Notes under the pieces: generated by a model
The model's database searches: none
Told to the model about the DNA's origin: nothing
Seen by the model: only the letters and a program-made list of their open reading frames with translations
Assembly (NCBI GenBank): GCA_022711395.1
Contig: JAKLFA010000003.1
Coordinates: 290,509 to 354,508 of the forward strand
Length of the DNA: 64,000 bases
Direction of reading: 5' to 3'
Source of the DNA: Candidatus Omnitrophota bacterium
Lineage (GTDB): Bacteria; Omnitrophota; Gorgyraeia; Zapsychrales; JANLHA01
Position numbers and translations under genes: made by a program
In this document: positions 27,701-42,700 of the stretch, one piece after another
Position numbering within the stretch: the stretch's first letter is position 1
How the letters are laid out: every line of letters starts with the position of its first letter

Positions 27701-30700
27701 TGTTCATTGAGGGAGGGATCGTTACAAATATTAAGTCAACATTGGGGATGTTGTTATCGAAATTCCAAAAGCCGGAGATCACAAAAGACCTGTTAGGGTT
27801 TACTTATTATCGATGGGCTCTGGAAAAGACCGGAGAGGTAGAGATTGATGGAAAGACAGCTAAGGCTTTAGAAAAACTTGAGGGTGAGGCTAAGCAGGCG
27901 GGCGAAGAGCAGAGCAAGAAAGTTGATCGTTATGCTTATTATTTATATAAAACATCCGATGTCAAAATTGATACAAATATTATAGCGGAAGAAACAGAGG
28001 TCAGCATTGCCGGGGTCGGCCCTGCCGGATGGGAGATCGCCAAGATCCAGCCTGGCTTTGGAAGGGTGTCGTTTGGGATGGTCCTTGACGATGGCCTTAT
28101 GAAGAAATTAGGAATATCAGAGGGGGATATTCGTGATGGATTGGTAAAGAACGAAAATGGAGATGTGGATCTTGCTAAGACCCGCGATTCTTTGAGCCCG
28201 GATACGGTTGTCGGTATTGAAAATTTATTAAGATTGTTCAAAGAAGACAAAGGCCTGGATCAGATCTTTAACACAACTGTTTATTTAGGAGAAGGAAAAA
28301 CAGATCCAAGAAGCGTTAAGATGGAATATTTTCGTAGCGCTGGCGAAGTAAGTCCTTGGACCGCCAAAATTTTTAAATATAACGCTCCGGAAACAAAACA
28401 ATCCGGAGGACAGGTCGTAGAGAAGAGCAAAACGGTTTATTCTCTGGGATTTCAGCCGGATTATTTGAACCCCAAGGGCGCAGAGGAAGCTAATCCCACA
28501 TGGCTGATTGGACGTTTTAACGCGTCGGCTGCGGTTTATGGATATGACCGCACTCCAGGCGTGAAGGATGAGAAAGAACATATTTTAGAATTTGAAAGCG
28601 CAGCTGGTTTTAGATGGGCTTCGAAGCTTCCCGGGTCGATTGAACAGGGGCTTCCTCTTGGAGAAATGGGAATCGCTCCTGCGGTCAAGTTCGGAAAAAT
28701 GAACGCCAATCCCCGGGTGTTGGCTGTTTATGGGGACAAAACATATTACGCCCGTCAGGGAAGTCAGGGCGGGGCGTTTCAAGCGATCAATGATCTTGTC
28801 GGTTCTTTTATATCAGAGAGAAGTTTTCGTTATGATTCGATAGTCGGCGCTTTAGATGAAGGATATGTTATCTCGACATTTGAAAAATGGGGAGAAGAAC
28901 CCGGGGTCGATAAGACGGGACTTGTGCGTCTCGCCGGCGGAGGACAGCAGCCCAGTACGCTTATGATCTTCAGCGTCAATAAGGACCGTAAGATCGAGAT
29001 GGATCCTCAGACGCTTGAGATCAAAGAAAAAGAAGGTGTCAATGCTTTAAATGGACTGGGAGTGCTTGATCTTTTTACAGCAGGGATCTCGCCTTTGGAG
29101 ATCTTGCGCGGAAATATAGCGACGGGAAGTTTCTCTCCTGAACAAATGGCCGCCTATGAAGCGTCCTGGAAAAAGCTCGACGATAAAGCCCGGCAACTGG
29201 TCATGAAATTGGGCACTGATAAAAAAGTGCTGAAAGAGCTTTTAGATATCGTTAACAGCTATATCGCGCAGAACGGAGCGGCTTCTGCAACGCCGGAAGG
29301 GCTGGAAGCGTTCGTTAATTCAAAGGAAGAAGCGAAAAGCGCGGTCGGCAATCATATGGGGGAAGTGAAGGATCTTTTAGGCTTGCAACAGGCGCTTGAG
29401 GAGGTCAAGAAGCTGAATCCTTTAGATGCGGGGCAGACCCGTTTTGCCCGGGCCCGCATGTTTTTGCCAGCGGAAGATGGCACACATCCTTCTGCGACCA
29501 CCGCATCGTTTTTCCAACAGGGAGTTATTGATGAATTAACCGTAGAGGCGCTTCATCAATATTATGTTAAGGAAAGCGATAACCCGACGCCGCCAGAAGT
29601 GAAATTCGTCAAGCCCGGCACATCAACGGTCGCGGACGCTGAGACGCTGGACTCGCCGTTTGGAGTGCTGCCGAAATACGCGTCTCTTTCTGAAAGCATT
29701 GCAGGCGGTGATATTTTTTATAAAGACGGGCAGCTTGCTGATTATACAGCGATCGGCACAAGCGGAACGATTTTTAATCTGGACGTATCAAGCGGCCGGG
29801 CTATGGCGTATACGGTCGATGCAGCTAGAAAGATAAATGTTCCGGAGGCCTTTGATAAGCGATTTAAAACAGAATATGCCGGCGATTATAAGATGCAGAT
29901 CTTTTCTAACCGCAGCGGTGTTATGGCCGGAGAGGGGTCCATTCTTAATTATGGTAATAATTTCGGCTGGACCATCGGAGGCTTAAATGATTCTGAGATC
30001 AAGAACGCCATCGCTGTTCATGACGGATTGAATGTCCGCTATTTCGGAACGGAAGGGAAGGAAGGGTCAGAAGTAACATTTTTGCAAACACGCACATTTA
30101 GAGAATATAAGCCGACCGCGGATATAGAAAGGAATGCAACATTAACAGAAATCAAAGATGGCAAAACCGAAGTGGTTGGCTTAATTCATAAGATGGATAC
30201 TAAGGTTTTTGAGCTTTCTTCTTTTGAAATTGGCGGCGGATTCAGATTTTCGCTGGAAGGCAAAGGATCGGATTTTAAAGACACCTCGATCGCTCCATTA
30301 TATCGTTTTGCCACAAGCGATGGAGCTACCATAACCGTTAAGCTTCCCGATGAGCCGGATGCGCGTGTTTTGAAAGCTGACGTGTCTTTAGATTTTTCTG
30401 AAAAAGATGATGGGACTTTCCTGCGCCTGTCAAATTTAAGAGGCGATTATGACGTCAAAGCAGAGGCGGCGGGAAATAATTCAGTGGAATTTAGAAAAGG
30501 ACAGAATCTGGTCATTCCTATTATAAGCGCCCTTGGCCGAGCGACGATAAGAGAGCAAGAAAAAACAGTCGATCCGGCTCTTATAGGAGAGATTGCGAAA
30601 AAGGCCTCAACCGAACAGCAGCCTATAGACGCGAGTCAAGTGGTCGCTTCGCATTTTGTTTCTGCCGAGTTTATGGATAAAACGGCGGCGCCAGGGGCAT

Positions 30701-33700
30701 CTGCCGTGTTGGTCGAAGCGAAAGCGGGAAACGACGGCAAAAAGCAATTCGTTCTTTATGTTCTTGAAGCCGAAAACGAAGCGGAGCCAAAGGATCTTGG
30801 CCCTGTTCAGGTCATGGTTTCTCTTGATGAATTTTTACAAAGAGGGAAGATCGCTTTGGGCGAGGGCGAGAAGCAGCAGCCAGTTGTTTTTTCGACAGCT
30901 TCTATTAAAGACGCGAACGGAAATGTTATTACCGGGCTTACAGCGGAAACAGCACGAACGGCCCTAGAAAGCGCGGCAAAGAAAGATCCGTCCAGAGCCG
31001 TTTTTGTTGAACAGGTCCTTGTCCTTTCCAGTGAAGATGAGGAAAGTAAAAAAATGGTGTTAGCACAATTCCCGGAAGGAACCCAAGCAGGAATTCTCGG
31101 GAAAACACTGTTTCTTACGCCGGAAGCCCTGCAGGATCTGGCGAACGTCTCTTTTTCTCAACCGTTGAATCCCTCGCAAATTGTTGAGGTTTCTGCTGCG
31201 GATGGGTCCTCGCGCAAAGTGCTTTCCGATCCAAGCCTTTCGGCGGAAGACGCGATCTTCGCGGCAGGCGTTATACAGCAACAGCTGGTTTCTACTGCTA
31301 AAGTCGAGGACGCGGGATTTTTCTCAAAATTCACACATATTGGAATTGTTGAAGATGACCAAATTATGGGTGGTCAAATAGCCATAAGTTTTGAAGGGGA
31401 TGTTGCCCTTATTACTAAGAGCGGTCTAGCAAAGATCAAGGAGGCTCAAGAAACAGGAGAGTCTTTCTTGGGGCTGCTTGATAGAGGCAGGATCAATTCA
31501 GAGGATCAAAATTTTCAAAATTTAGGTTTTGTCGGAACCCTTGCTAAAGCAGACCCCTTGGCTGAGATCACCTTTGAGAATGGCGGCAAAGCAAATGTTA
31601 TAGCTGTTGATTTTCAAAAAGGAAAAATTCCTGAGGTTCTTGAAGCCAGGGATGAAAATGGAACGCTTATAGGGCAAGCTCTTGTTGAGAAAGCTGAACC
31701 GCGTCTTTCCTATTTATACAATCCTTTGCAGCAGGGGTATCAGGAGGATATTATTGCTGGGTTTGATATGAGCGGACGGCTTTTTGTTCCCTCCACAATG
31801 CCGGTCAGCATTTTTAAAGAAGTTCAAGAAACAGCTTTGCCTGCGGGGGCTCCGGAAGCCATTTTAAAAGAAAAAGGTCTTTTGCCGATGACCAGCCGTT
31901 CATTGAGCGGATTTTCCGGGATCATTGATTTTAATCAAGACGGGCAATTTAGGATCCACGCCGGATCAAGAGGGATCAATGAGGCCATTCAGATCATGCT
32001 CACGAAAGGCACGCCTGAAAGCAAAACAGACTGGCTTGTTACAACCTTGAAGCAGACAAGCGTTGATTATTTCAATGATTCCGGCATTAAATCCTTGAGC
32101 GAGTCTTTTGAGCAAAAGCTGAGCCAGGCTTTTTCCAGCAATAATTGGGTGGCTGTTGATAATGAGGCAAAAATTACAACATTTTTGGAGGGAACAGCCA
32201 AAGGACGAGGCCTTTTGCGTTGGCATGGTGAAGATCTTAATTTGAATGGATCTTCGGGAACGATGTTCGCCAAAGTTTCCGTAATAGATGCCAATGGGCA
32301 GACAAAAGAGCTGAAATCCAAAGAGGTTTCTTATGATCACGCCCTTGCTATGGAGAAAGGGCGAACGAATCAGGGAGACGCGTGGGTTCCAGTCAGCGGA
32401 CGTGTTGCGGAAGCGTACGTGAAAGCGAATGATGTGAGCGATCTCCCGATCGATCTTAAGAATATTCAGATCTATAAGAGACCGATGAGCCAGGAGACGC
32501 TTGATGCGTTAGTTAAATTACGGAAAGCTGTGCAGCGCTATCAAGCTGATAAGATGTTTGGTGACGGGGTATCAGCTCCTCAGGCGGAGATGGACAAGAT
32601 CATCGAGCAGGCCGAACGGCTTTATGGACGGGTAACACCGGATACGATTGTAAAAACCATGCTTTTTGGTGGTGCAGGAATTAACAGCAGCATGGTGGAT
32701 GTTATTTTAAACGAACACAACGCTTCTGTTTTCAGAGATGCCGCTGAAAAGGATGGATTAGCCGTTCAAATTCAAACGGATGTGCATTTGTCTGTATTGT
32801 CCCGAGGGCTAGAAGGTATTAATGCTTATAGCAATGTTTTATTAAGTGGCCTTGATTTGACTTCAGACGCGGGAAAGGCTGAATTCCAAAAAAGGATCAA
32901 GGATCTTAGAGAAACGTTGGCAAATAATCCAAGAGCGTCGGCCATGATCCATCTTTTAAGACGGGAGGATCAGGCGGAGGCCGGTTTGTTAAATCGTGCA
33001 ATTCAGTTTGTAAAGGTGGGTCCGGGAGGGACCGGAGGTCTGGGCTCTAATATCGAAGATCCTGCCAAATTTGCCGCGTTGGTTCTAGTGGCTATTTATA
33101 AATTGACCGAAGGCAAAAAAGATATGATGAATAAGCTGGATCCAGCACAAAATCCAGCGGTGGCGGTTATAAACGCCTTATATAACAGCCCTAAGTTCGA
33201 TCTTGCTGCCGTAGGAAGCCTTTTTGATGAAAAATTGAACGGTTCTGATCTGGGGCTTACAGAGGAGCAAAAGGCAAGTGCTATTAAGTTTTTGACCGAT
33301 GTCGGGAACTCAATGCGGGCGGAAGATGATGCGGAGACCGCTTTTCAATTTATTGTGCGTAATCAGGATCGTCAAAAGATCTTAGGAAGCGTCGAAGTTT
33401 TATTAGGAGAAAAGGTTTCAGAAGAATTAAAACAAAAGATCGGGATCGTTACCAATTTTGAGGGGGCTTTAGATAACGGAAAGGTCAGGAGGGTCGTATT
33501 TGGGGCATTTTCGGATGATACTTACAAAGCCCTTGCAGATTTTGGCAAGCAATTAAGAGCTGTTGTCAATTTGAGCGAAACGTTCAATGACGCCGGATTG
33601 ACCTTGTCCGAAAGTAAAACGTTAGTGGCCCAGGTCAGCGCCCTTCAAGAGGGAGGAAAGGCAGTAAGCCCGGCGGATGTTGTTGTTCAACTGTTTGAAA

Positions 33701-36700
33701 ACAGCGCGTATAAAAATCAAATGATCAAGATTTTTGGAGCCCTGGGAATTAAAGACGAAGAATTCTTAAATGCTGCGGTAACGACTTATCATGCGACGCA
33801 ACGGGAGGCCAAAGAAAACGAATTTCTAAAAATGGCTAATTTTATGGCCTCGGCTGGGCCGGCTAATATTGCACGCATTTTTGCGGACCCGAACAGTGCT
33901 ACTCAAGCGACATTAAAGGCGGATGGCGAAGGAGAGGCTTTATGGATCGCGTTTGGGAAGCCCCAACAGAGCCGATTGGAAGTTTTTATGTTCGCTTTAG
34001 CCAGCGGAAACACTAGTGCGATCGGGCAAATTTTAGGTGAGGCCAAAGTTTCTCCGGAAGAGATCACAAATATACAGATCGCCGCTCTCCAGTTCAGCAA
34101 AGAAGCCGCGGCCAATGATTTTAAACCTGAGATCGTTCAGAAAGCTTTTAAAGAAAAGTTTTTACCGTCTTTATCGGATAAGGCCCTTCAGGCTCTAACG
34201 AATCGCGATACCATTGATCAGATCGCCCGCTTTGTTAATCCGGAATACGACCAAAAACAACTGGAAGTCAATTTCAATCCCTTCCTGGAAGGCTCGGTAT
34301 TCAGCAAAGGGGAACCGGCCGGAACGGACGGTATCACGGTCGCGCGGGATGATTTCGCCGGAGTGAGCTCTGTTCTTAACAGCGGCGCGGTAACGATCAA
34401 GAACGGCACGTTCTTTGTGCAGGAAGCCGGGCTTAAAACGACATCTCCGATCTACGCTCCCGGCGTGATCGGGACGCTGGAGAATGTGATCAACTATAAA
34501 GAAGGCTTACCTGTAAGCGCCTCTTCGATCAATGTTAAGTATTCTGACATGATGACGGCGAAAGGAACAGATTGGAATGTTAGTTATGGCTTGTTCGCTT
34601 TGAAGGCCGGCCAGATGGAAGAAGGTCTTTATGGGCCGCCAGTGCCTGTCGCGGCAACTTTCGGACTGGAAGGGATTGATAAATATCAGCAGGATTATCT
34701 GTTTGTTCCGCAGGATTTTTCGATCGCTGAAGGGGTTGCGGTTAAGCTTGCTAAAGAAAGCGGCTGGTCCCAGACACGGTTTGCTGATGGAAAAACTTTG
34801 AACGGACAGTTTACAAAAGTTGTTTTGAAAGACGGCTTTTTAAGCAGTGCGGCGTTATATGGCGAGGGATCTTTCTGGGAACGGGTAAAGAAGGAGAAGG
34901 CAGGATATAGTCCACGGCAGGCTACTGATATGGATTTTGCGACGTTTGCTATGGTTGAAGGAGAAACGGTCAAGAACGATCAGGGGGTTGAGGAAAAATA
35001 TACACGATATGCAACACCGGCTAACGTCGATAAGACCCTTGGTTATATAAATGAGAAAAGCATACCGAAGGACATGGGCCCTGATGGAAAGAGGTCTTTA
35101 GAGGTCATGAAGGCCGAAGGCGGACGATTGGTTTTTGCTCTTGGAGCGACAGGAGCAGATGGTAAAGGATATTTCACCGGGATTCTTCGGCCGGATTTTA
35201 GAAGGTCTGGGAGCTTGCATTTGTTCTCCAAAGACGCGCGCATTAAGCCGGTTTATGATAAGGATGGAAAGGTTATTAAAGGTTCTTTTGACCTGAGCAA
35301 AGCTGTTACACAATTCGTTGAAGGAACCGGCGATTTTAATACAAAAGGGTTGCCAAAATTTTTAAACGCTCTTTATGATCAATTTTATGCAGCGGAAGGG
35401 GTTCAGCGTAGTGTTGCTGTTAAAGATGGACTATATGCTTATGGGCGCATTGCTCACGTTGTCCCCCAAGGAAAACAAGCACAGGAAAACTATAGCAATA
35501 TATCAGATGCCCCGGAAGATGTTTTAGTTGGGCAGGTTTTTACAGAAGATGGAGTAAAATATTTTGGAGCAGGGGATCTGGGAAGATTTACCGACAATGC
35601 TTTTGTTGGGTTGGCCAAAACAGGGTCGTTTAAGGTAGATCCTTCGCAAAAAACAATTCCGAGTTGGCTTCTTTTTGAAGAAAAAGGTCTTCAAGTCCTG
35701 GGAGAAGGCGGGCAGTGGTTGGGTGTGAGCAAAGATACTTATAATATTAATATCTATCAGATGGCCCTTGGTCAGCGTGAGGATGGGTCGTATGCTCCAC
35801 TGTTGACCCGGGAACAGAAGGTTGACCGCAAAACGACATGGCGAGAAGTGAGGGTCCAGGGAGATGATAAAGAGTTTGAAAAAGCAAATCAGGAACTGCT
35901 GGACGCAAAGCGTCTACAGTTGGTCTTCTTGAAGGAGAAGTTGTCTGGAATGGGAGACGTCGTTCTGGAGCGTCGCCAATGGGAATTTTCGACAATGCGA
36001 AAAATGAACAGCACGATGGCCTGTCACGGGGGAGGGGTTTCGTGTGAGCGCCCTGCCGCGATCAAAGAATTAGACCGGCTGGAGGCGCAAGTTAGAGATT
36101 TGGAGAATCAAGTGGGTCTGCTTTCTGCAGAGTTCCGGCCGATCATTTCTTACGGCTCCAATTGGGGCTATTTGACGGATGATAATGGTAATGCGACGCG
36201 TATGGAGTATTTTTTGGAAAATGGTGAACTTGTCGGACAGTTTGGAGCGGGGGAATCCGGAAGGGCCGTCGGCATGCCGATCATTTCATATCAAAAGTTG
36301 ATCAGCGATCCTTTTAATGAAATAGCCAAGGAGGGCGCGGAGAATACGCTTCTTGGTAAGCTGGCGTCTGGTGATATAAAGACGGGAGATGCGGTCAAGC
36401 TTCCGAATTCGATCGATCTTCATGCGGGCGATATTACACATGTGGTGAAATTAAAAGGAAGGCTGACCAGAGACCAGGTTGGGAGGGACAATACCGCACT
36501 TTATGATTTAAGCGGTGATTTTAGTGTGGGGATCGTGATCGATGGTGTTGATACTTATAAAGGGGAGATCAGGGCCCGGACAACAATGGATATTCCTGGC
36601 ACGCAGATCCTTTTACCGGACCCAGACTCGGTCCTGATCGATAAGCGCGCTAGTATCTATAATCCGCTGAGCGATACTAAAAAATTTGATATTGTAAAAG

Positions 36701-39700
36701 GGGCGGATAAAAAATCATTTAACAGCTTTTTGTATGCAGCCTCAGAAAAAGAATATCAGAAAAAATTAAAAGAAATGACCGTGGGATTGACCGCGAAGGC
36801 TTTTAGTGACGCGAAATACGCGTCTCAATTATTAGGCAAGCCCCTTCAGGAAGATTGGGTTGGATATCCCAAGCTGACCTATCAAGAAGGAAAAGATTTG
36901 CATGCAGCAATTAAGAAAGAAGCGGAAGCAAAAACAAATCAGGAGTGGGTTCAGGATGCAAATCGAGCGGGTTATCGTCTTGAATTCGGAATGATGGATC
37001 TTGATGACCAGATAGCATATATGCGAGAGGATAAAAATAAGGGCGGCCTTGGAATGCTGTTGTTTAGTTATGACTATGAAGGGGGGGCCGCATTTTTAAA
37101 TTTTATGAACAACCCGGATCCGCTTGTGCATGCGGAAACCAATGAAGAGCGCACAGCTATCCGGATGGCAGAGATTGTTTATGGGGCTAATTTCGATCTA
37201 GATGAAAAGATGGATGATTTCCGGGTTAGCAGAGAATACGAAAAAGCTTTAAGAAAAGAAGAGAGAAACGACCGTTATGAATTTGCTGCGGGACATTATG
37301 AGCCCTGGCAGCTTTTGAATGATGATAATAATTATCAGCAACTTTCAGCGATTCGCACGCCGAATTCTGTGACGCTGAAAACAGGGCAGAAGGGTGGGCT
37401 TTTAGGATGGTTAGGCAATCGATTTAAAGATGACGAGACATTTACTGCGGCGGAATTAGAGGCCAATCGCGAGCAGAGGATCAAAGAAATCCATGAGAAC
37501 AGCCTTAAGTATAAGGGTCAGGGATGGGGCCCTGATGATGATGACACAAGTTTTAGTTTTATGTCCGGGGGCCGCAACTTCGAATTTTCTTTGGATGATG
37601 AATACGCCAAGCCGGCTTTTTATGATCTAGCCTATCATGGGTATGATGAGTTGGGTGTTCATGCGCAAACAATTGGAACTTTAGGGAACATGGTCGCGGT
37701 AACGACGACCATTGATGTTGCAAGTTATGCCTGGTTGGCAGTGGACGTTATCGTGACGGTTGGCACGTTGGGGGCGGCTACTCCCGCGACAGCTGCTTCG
37801 GAGGCCGGTAGAATAGCGGCAACTCAAGCGGCAAAGAAAGGCTTGATGTTCGCTGCCAAAAAAGCTATTTATACTCAATTGCGTAACGCAGGTTTTAGGG
37901 CAGCCACGTCTCATGCTATGGCCAAGGTCATTGTTCAGGCAGGGACAAGGGCCCTTATATATGCGGGCATAAATGTCGGATTTACGGCGCTGATAAGTGG
38001 AGGAAAAGCAGACGCTGGTGATTATGCCAAAGCTGCCGCTTGGGGTGTTTTGTTCTCCCGTCCGTGGGCAGGATTGGGGCGGATGTCTGCCGCCGGTCTT
38101 GTGAAATCCGGCATGAACAAAATAACTTTAGCAGCGCTTAAGAATGTTCGAACGGGATCAACTGCCGCCGTCCAGGCAGTTGGACAACAGATAGCAGCAT
38201 CAGGAGCCCAGATCGCCGCAACAGGAGGGACGACCGCAGGGGTTTGGGGACAACGAGTAGTCAGTCTCGGCCAATTTGTTAATCGACATGATAAAGCGAT
38301 TGCATACACAGGCCTTGCGGCTATTTTGGGAACGGGAACATATTTTGGAGTTAAGTCTCAGAAAGAAAAGCTCGGAGAATTCGTAAAGACACACATAAAT
38401 ATAAGTTCTATCGGCGGTGGTTTGGTCGTTGGCGGGATTGCTGCAGGAGCGCTTTGGGGCAGGGACAAGGTTATGTTTGCAATGAAAGAAGGGATCAAAA
38501 AATTTAAGGATGCTTTTTTGTATAATATCGTCAAATTTGACGATATTATACAAAAAAGCATCCTTTCAAATTCAGTAGGAAAAGTCGCTTTGGGTTCTAT
38601 TATTGGCACCGGCGTGGCGGCGGCAGGCGGATATGGAATTAATTCAATATTTAATAATGACAGCTTAGACTCCCGTGGATATGTGGCAAGCGTTGGAACT
38701 CTCGCTTTGGCAGGGTTGGCGCTTTATGGCGCTAAGAAAATTCCCGCGCCTGTTTTGCAGAATATAAAAACACGGGCCGTAAATGTAACTAAGCCGTTAG
38801 TTGCTATTGCTAAAGAAAATCCCAAGGCGGCCCGTTATGTTGCAGTAGGCGCAGGGGCGGCGGGATTGTCAGCGTATGCCGAGTACCAATCCTATAATCA
38901 GTATATGGCGAAACAGAAAAGTTTAAAACCCGGTGAATCAACGTCCTATACGGGCTATGGGCGTCCCACTCTTGCGATTGCCAGCGCGTTTGCTGCTGTT
39001 CTTGGCGGCAGAAAAATGTCGCGATTCTTGGCAGCGAATCCAGAGGCATTATTGATCAGCATTTATCAAACAGGAGTAGATGCTCGGTATGATCAGAATC
39101 CAGCGGAAAGCAGCCTTTTAACGAATGTTTTTAGAAGCATTGTTTTATCGCCTGGTCGTGCCATTGTAGGAAGCATGGCGGGAGAGGGCGGACGTAAATT
39201 CTTGGCGCGGAGGACATATTTAGAACAAGAGGCGATATTTGAATCTGCTCAGAATAATCTTGGAAGTCTTGGCGCTGCGGGGCTTTCTTTCGCTACGGCA
39301 TATACTCGCGCCCTTTTTACGTGGGGAACGGGAGCTTATCAGGCTTCGGCAGTATTATCGCCACTCGATACGATCAAAGAATTTGCGGATATGTCCCGTA
39401 AGCCCAAGAACATTCCGCAGAACACCCAAGAAGAGTTTAAGCTTGCTCATTTGGCCTGGATGGCTGGAAGCATTATGGGTGTAAAACCGGGTGTGAAAGC
39501 GGCTAACGTTAATTTGAAAGGGCTTCTTCCTCCCGGCGGATTACGGCAAGTTCTTAGAAGAACAAACGCCGCTATGCCAAGCTGGGTTTTTGTTAATTCC
39601 GCCATTAATATTTTTGCTCCTAGTATTTTTGGAGAAGGAACAGATGAGATGCCGGATCGTATTAAATCAACGGCTTATCAATCTGATAATGTTGCCCGCG

Positions 39701-42700
39701 GGGCGTTCGGGGCGGCATTGCTTTATAATGCGGTTCTTTCTCCAATTGTTAAAGGAGTTTCCGCTCGATATACTCGCGCCACACAGAATTGGAGCACGAC
39801 CACTCAGACCATGGTGGGCGGCGGCCTTACAGTCAGCGGTGTGGCCATGCACGTGTTGGGCACTCAATGGAAAGCCAGATTGGAATCAGAATATGAACTT
39901 CTTAAAGCGGAAGAAGTCGCTTTAGCAAAAATAAAGAATAGGGCCCCGGATTTTAGTAAGATCCCCAAAAAGGGAGTTTTTGCAAATATTCTGGCTAACA
40001 GCGGATTGCTTGTTCAAAGCGTCGGAACATCGATTCTATTGAAACGCCTTCATCCAAATACTTGGACAAAAGATTTTAAATCATACACAAATCGGCAAGG
40101 GACGTTTTTTGTTGGCGGAGAGACATCATTGACAGCAAGAGTAACAGACCGGCTTTTTGTTCGGCCAGGAGCGTTTTTAACCGGCACATCACTCGGGGTT
40201 CTTTCCGCTGCAAGCGCGGTCTACGGAAGCAAGAAGCTGGTGGTGGATCACGTGATAAGCGCTTTTCAGGCTCGTCAGAATAATGAAGCAGAGGGAGGGT
40301 TTTTGAGTCATTTTGCCGCAAACTATCTTGAGAAAAGCACGCCATATCTTTTAAGAGGAAGAGAGTATTCAATAAATAAAGCAGTAGATTTAGTGGCCAT
40401 GGCAAAAGCTTTGAAAGTTCTTGATAAGGATGCTACGTTCGATGAAAAACAAACGATCAAAGATAAAACATATTCAAAGATGACGAACGAAGCCCTTAAG
40501 GAAGAGGCAAAGGCATTAGGCATGTCTGAAACAGAAGTAGATAAAAAATTGCAAGCCAATGATCGGGATGCGATTGTATGGGCTGTCATTAAGGGTAAAG
40601 TGGACCGGGCGATGGAATCGTATAAGGTTGCAGGAAAAGATAATGAATACAGCTTTAACGGGGAACTTTTCAGCAAAAATCGAGATGAAAATTATGAGCG
40701 CAGGGTCGGCGGATACGGGACAGATTTACCAATTTATTTGCTTGAAGGGTTGATGGTCGCGGCGACGGTCAAAGGCATAAAGGAATATCGAAGTAAATTT
40801 GCTGAGTTAAAGAGAAATAATGATTCAGTTAAGGGTGTTTCCAAAGGGCTCGATGACTATTTTGCGGAATCAGGAAAACTCAGACAGGCGACTGATAAGT
40901 TTGGTCAAGAACACGCTTTTGGGACTGCGGCGGCATGGGCTGGCGCTGGCGGCGTTCTTTGGGGAGGCGGCGAATTGTTGGAGAGGGCAGGGCAGGGACA
41001 AAAGAATCAGACTATGCAGGAATGGGGGAGGGCGATTCAGGTTCTGGGAAAGACCGGAGTTGCTATTGGAGGTGCGGTTGCTTTGGGCGGTTTTGGGGAT
41101 AGGATTTTACAATCGTCCAAATTAAGCTTTGCTGGAAAAATGAACAGCGGGGCCATAATGGTTGGAAAGATGACAGCAGAAACGGCGAGCAATTTAGCTT
41201 TTGTTATGGCGCCTCTTTCAGGTGTTTTGGAAGGAGTTTCCTGGGCGGCCAACAAGGCGGTTCCTTTGGCTGGATCTGATATGGAAAAGAACTTCTTGAA
41301 ATATACGGTTGCCGGATTCTGGGATGACACGCAGGTCTTGGCTAAGGACGGAAAAACCTGGATCGACAGAGGTGCAGTGAAATATCAGGGAGCCACATCG
41401 ATTTTTGGTGTTATGGGCCGTGCGTATTCATCGGGCCTGTTCGGATATGATGTGGCGACGGGAGAACTGAAAGTCGCGTCTTTGAGCGATATTCCGACCA
41501 CACCGCAAAAATTGCTTCCGCTTCCTGAGAGCATGGGCGGATCCCCCACGGAAGAATATAAAGGCCTTCAAGGACAAATGATCGGATTTTCTGCCGGATT
41601 GACAGCATTGCGATGGATGACACCGGTATTAAATAATATCAAATATGCTGATTTTGGACGCAGATTCCAAGCCATGAATCACTCGTTTGATAAAACGTTT
41701 GATATTGATCTGTTTAAGTCAAATTCAAAAGTAGGAAAGATGTTTGAAAGGTTCCCGCTTCATCCGTCACGCATGATCAGCGGCAGCATCGAGGAAATCG
41801 GCGAGCAGTTCGCCCAGATCGGCCTTCAGATGACGCCGGTGGGCTATGTGGGGCCGATCTTAAGGCAGTTCGGGGTTTCTCCGACGGCAGCAAGAAGCTT
41901 TTCAGAACAGTTCAATGAGATCGTTCAGGAGATCGTTTTAAGCGGAAGCAAGATCGGTGTTAAGAATTCACGGTATGCTAATCAGCAGGTCCTGCAGTTT
42001 TTATCGAACAATGCCGGACGGTTCTCCGGAAGCCAGGGCCTTGAGAACCTTAAGGCGGGCCTGCGGGACGCGGCCAGCGCCGACCAGCTGGGAGATATCC
42101 GGGCCGATGAAGTGGACTATGTGATCGAGAATTATGAAGAGATCGGGTTCGTGGATTCTTACGGCGTCACCATGCCGGCGAGAATGGTCCTTGCCGCCAC
42201 TAACGGGATCGGCGCGGATGCCAGAGGATATGGCGCGGAACAGGCCAGGCAGGCGCTTGCGAACTTCAAGGCTTTGATCACGCAGGATATTGAACTTCAG
42301 ATCGACGAGCAGAATCGATCCGTTGAGCAGGTGGCAAATGTGTTGGAGGCGCAGGCGCAGCAGAAAGGGCAGTCCTTTAACCGTCAAGAATTTTTAGCGT
42401 CTGCCAGATCGAGCGGACGGCTTATAACATCTGAGAAAAGGGCAAAGATCCTGGAAAGCTACACAAAGTCGCTGGAGGCTTTAGAAAAGAAAGATGATTT
42501 GACTGTTTTGGATGTGGCCCAGAAAATGGATGAGCTGAAGGGTTCATCCGCAAATCTTCAGCAATTCTTTACTTTAGCGGCGGACCGGGGAGGGTTTGAC
42601 GCGTCCTCGCTTCAAGGCGTGACGTATGGCGAAGTTGCGGCGTTTTTGCATGAGGGCGGATTTAGAGGAACGCAGTTCGCGGGGGTGACCCAGAGCGATA

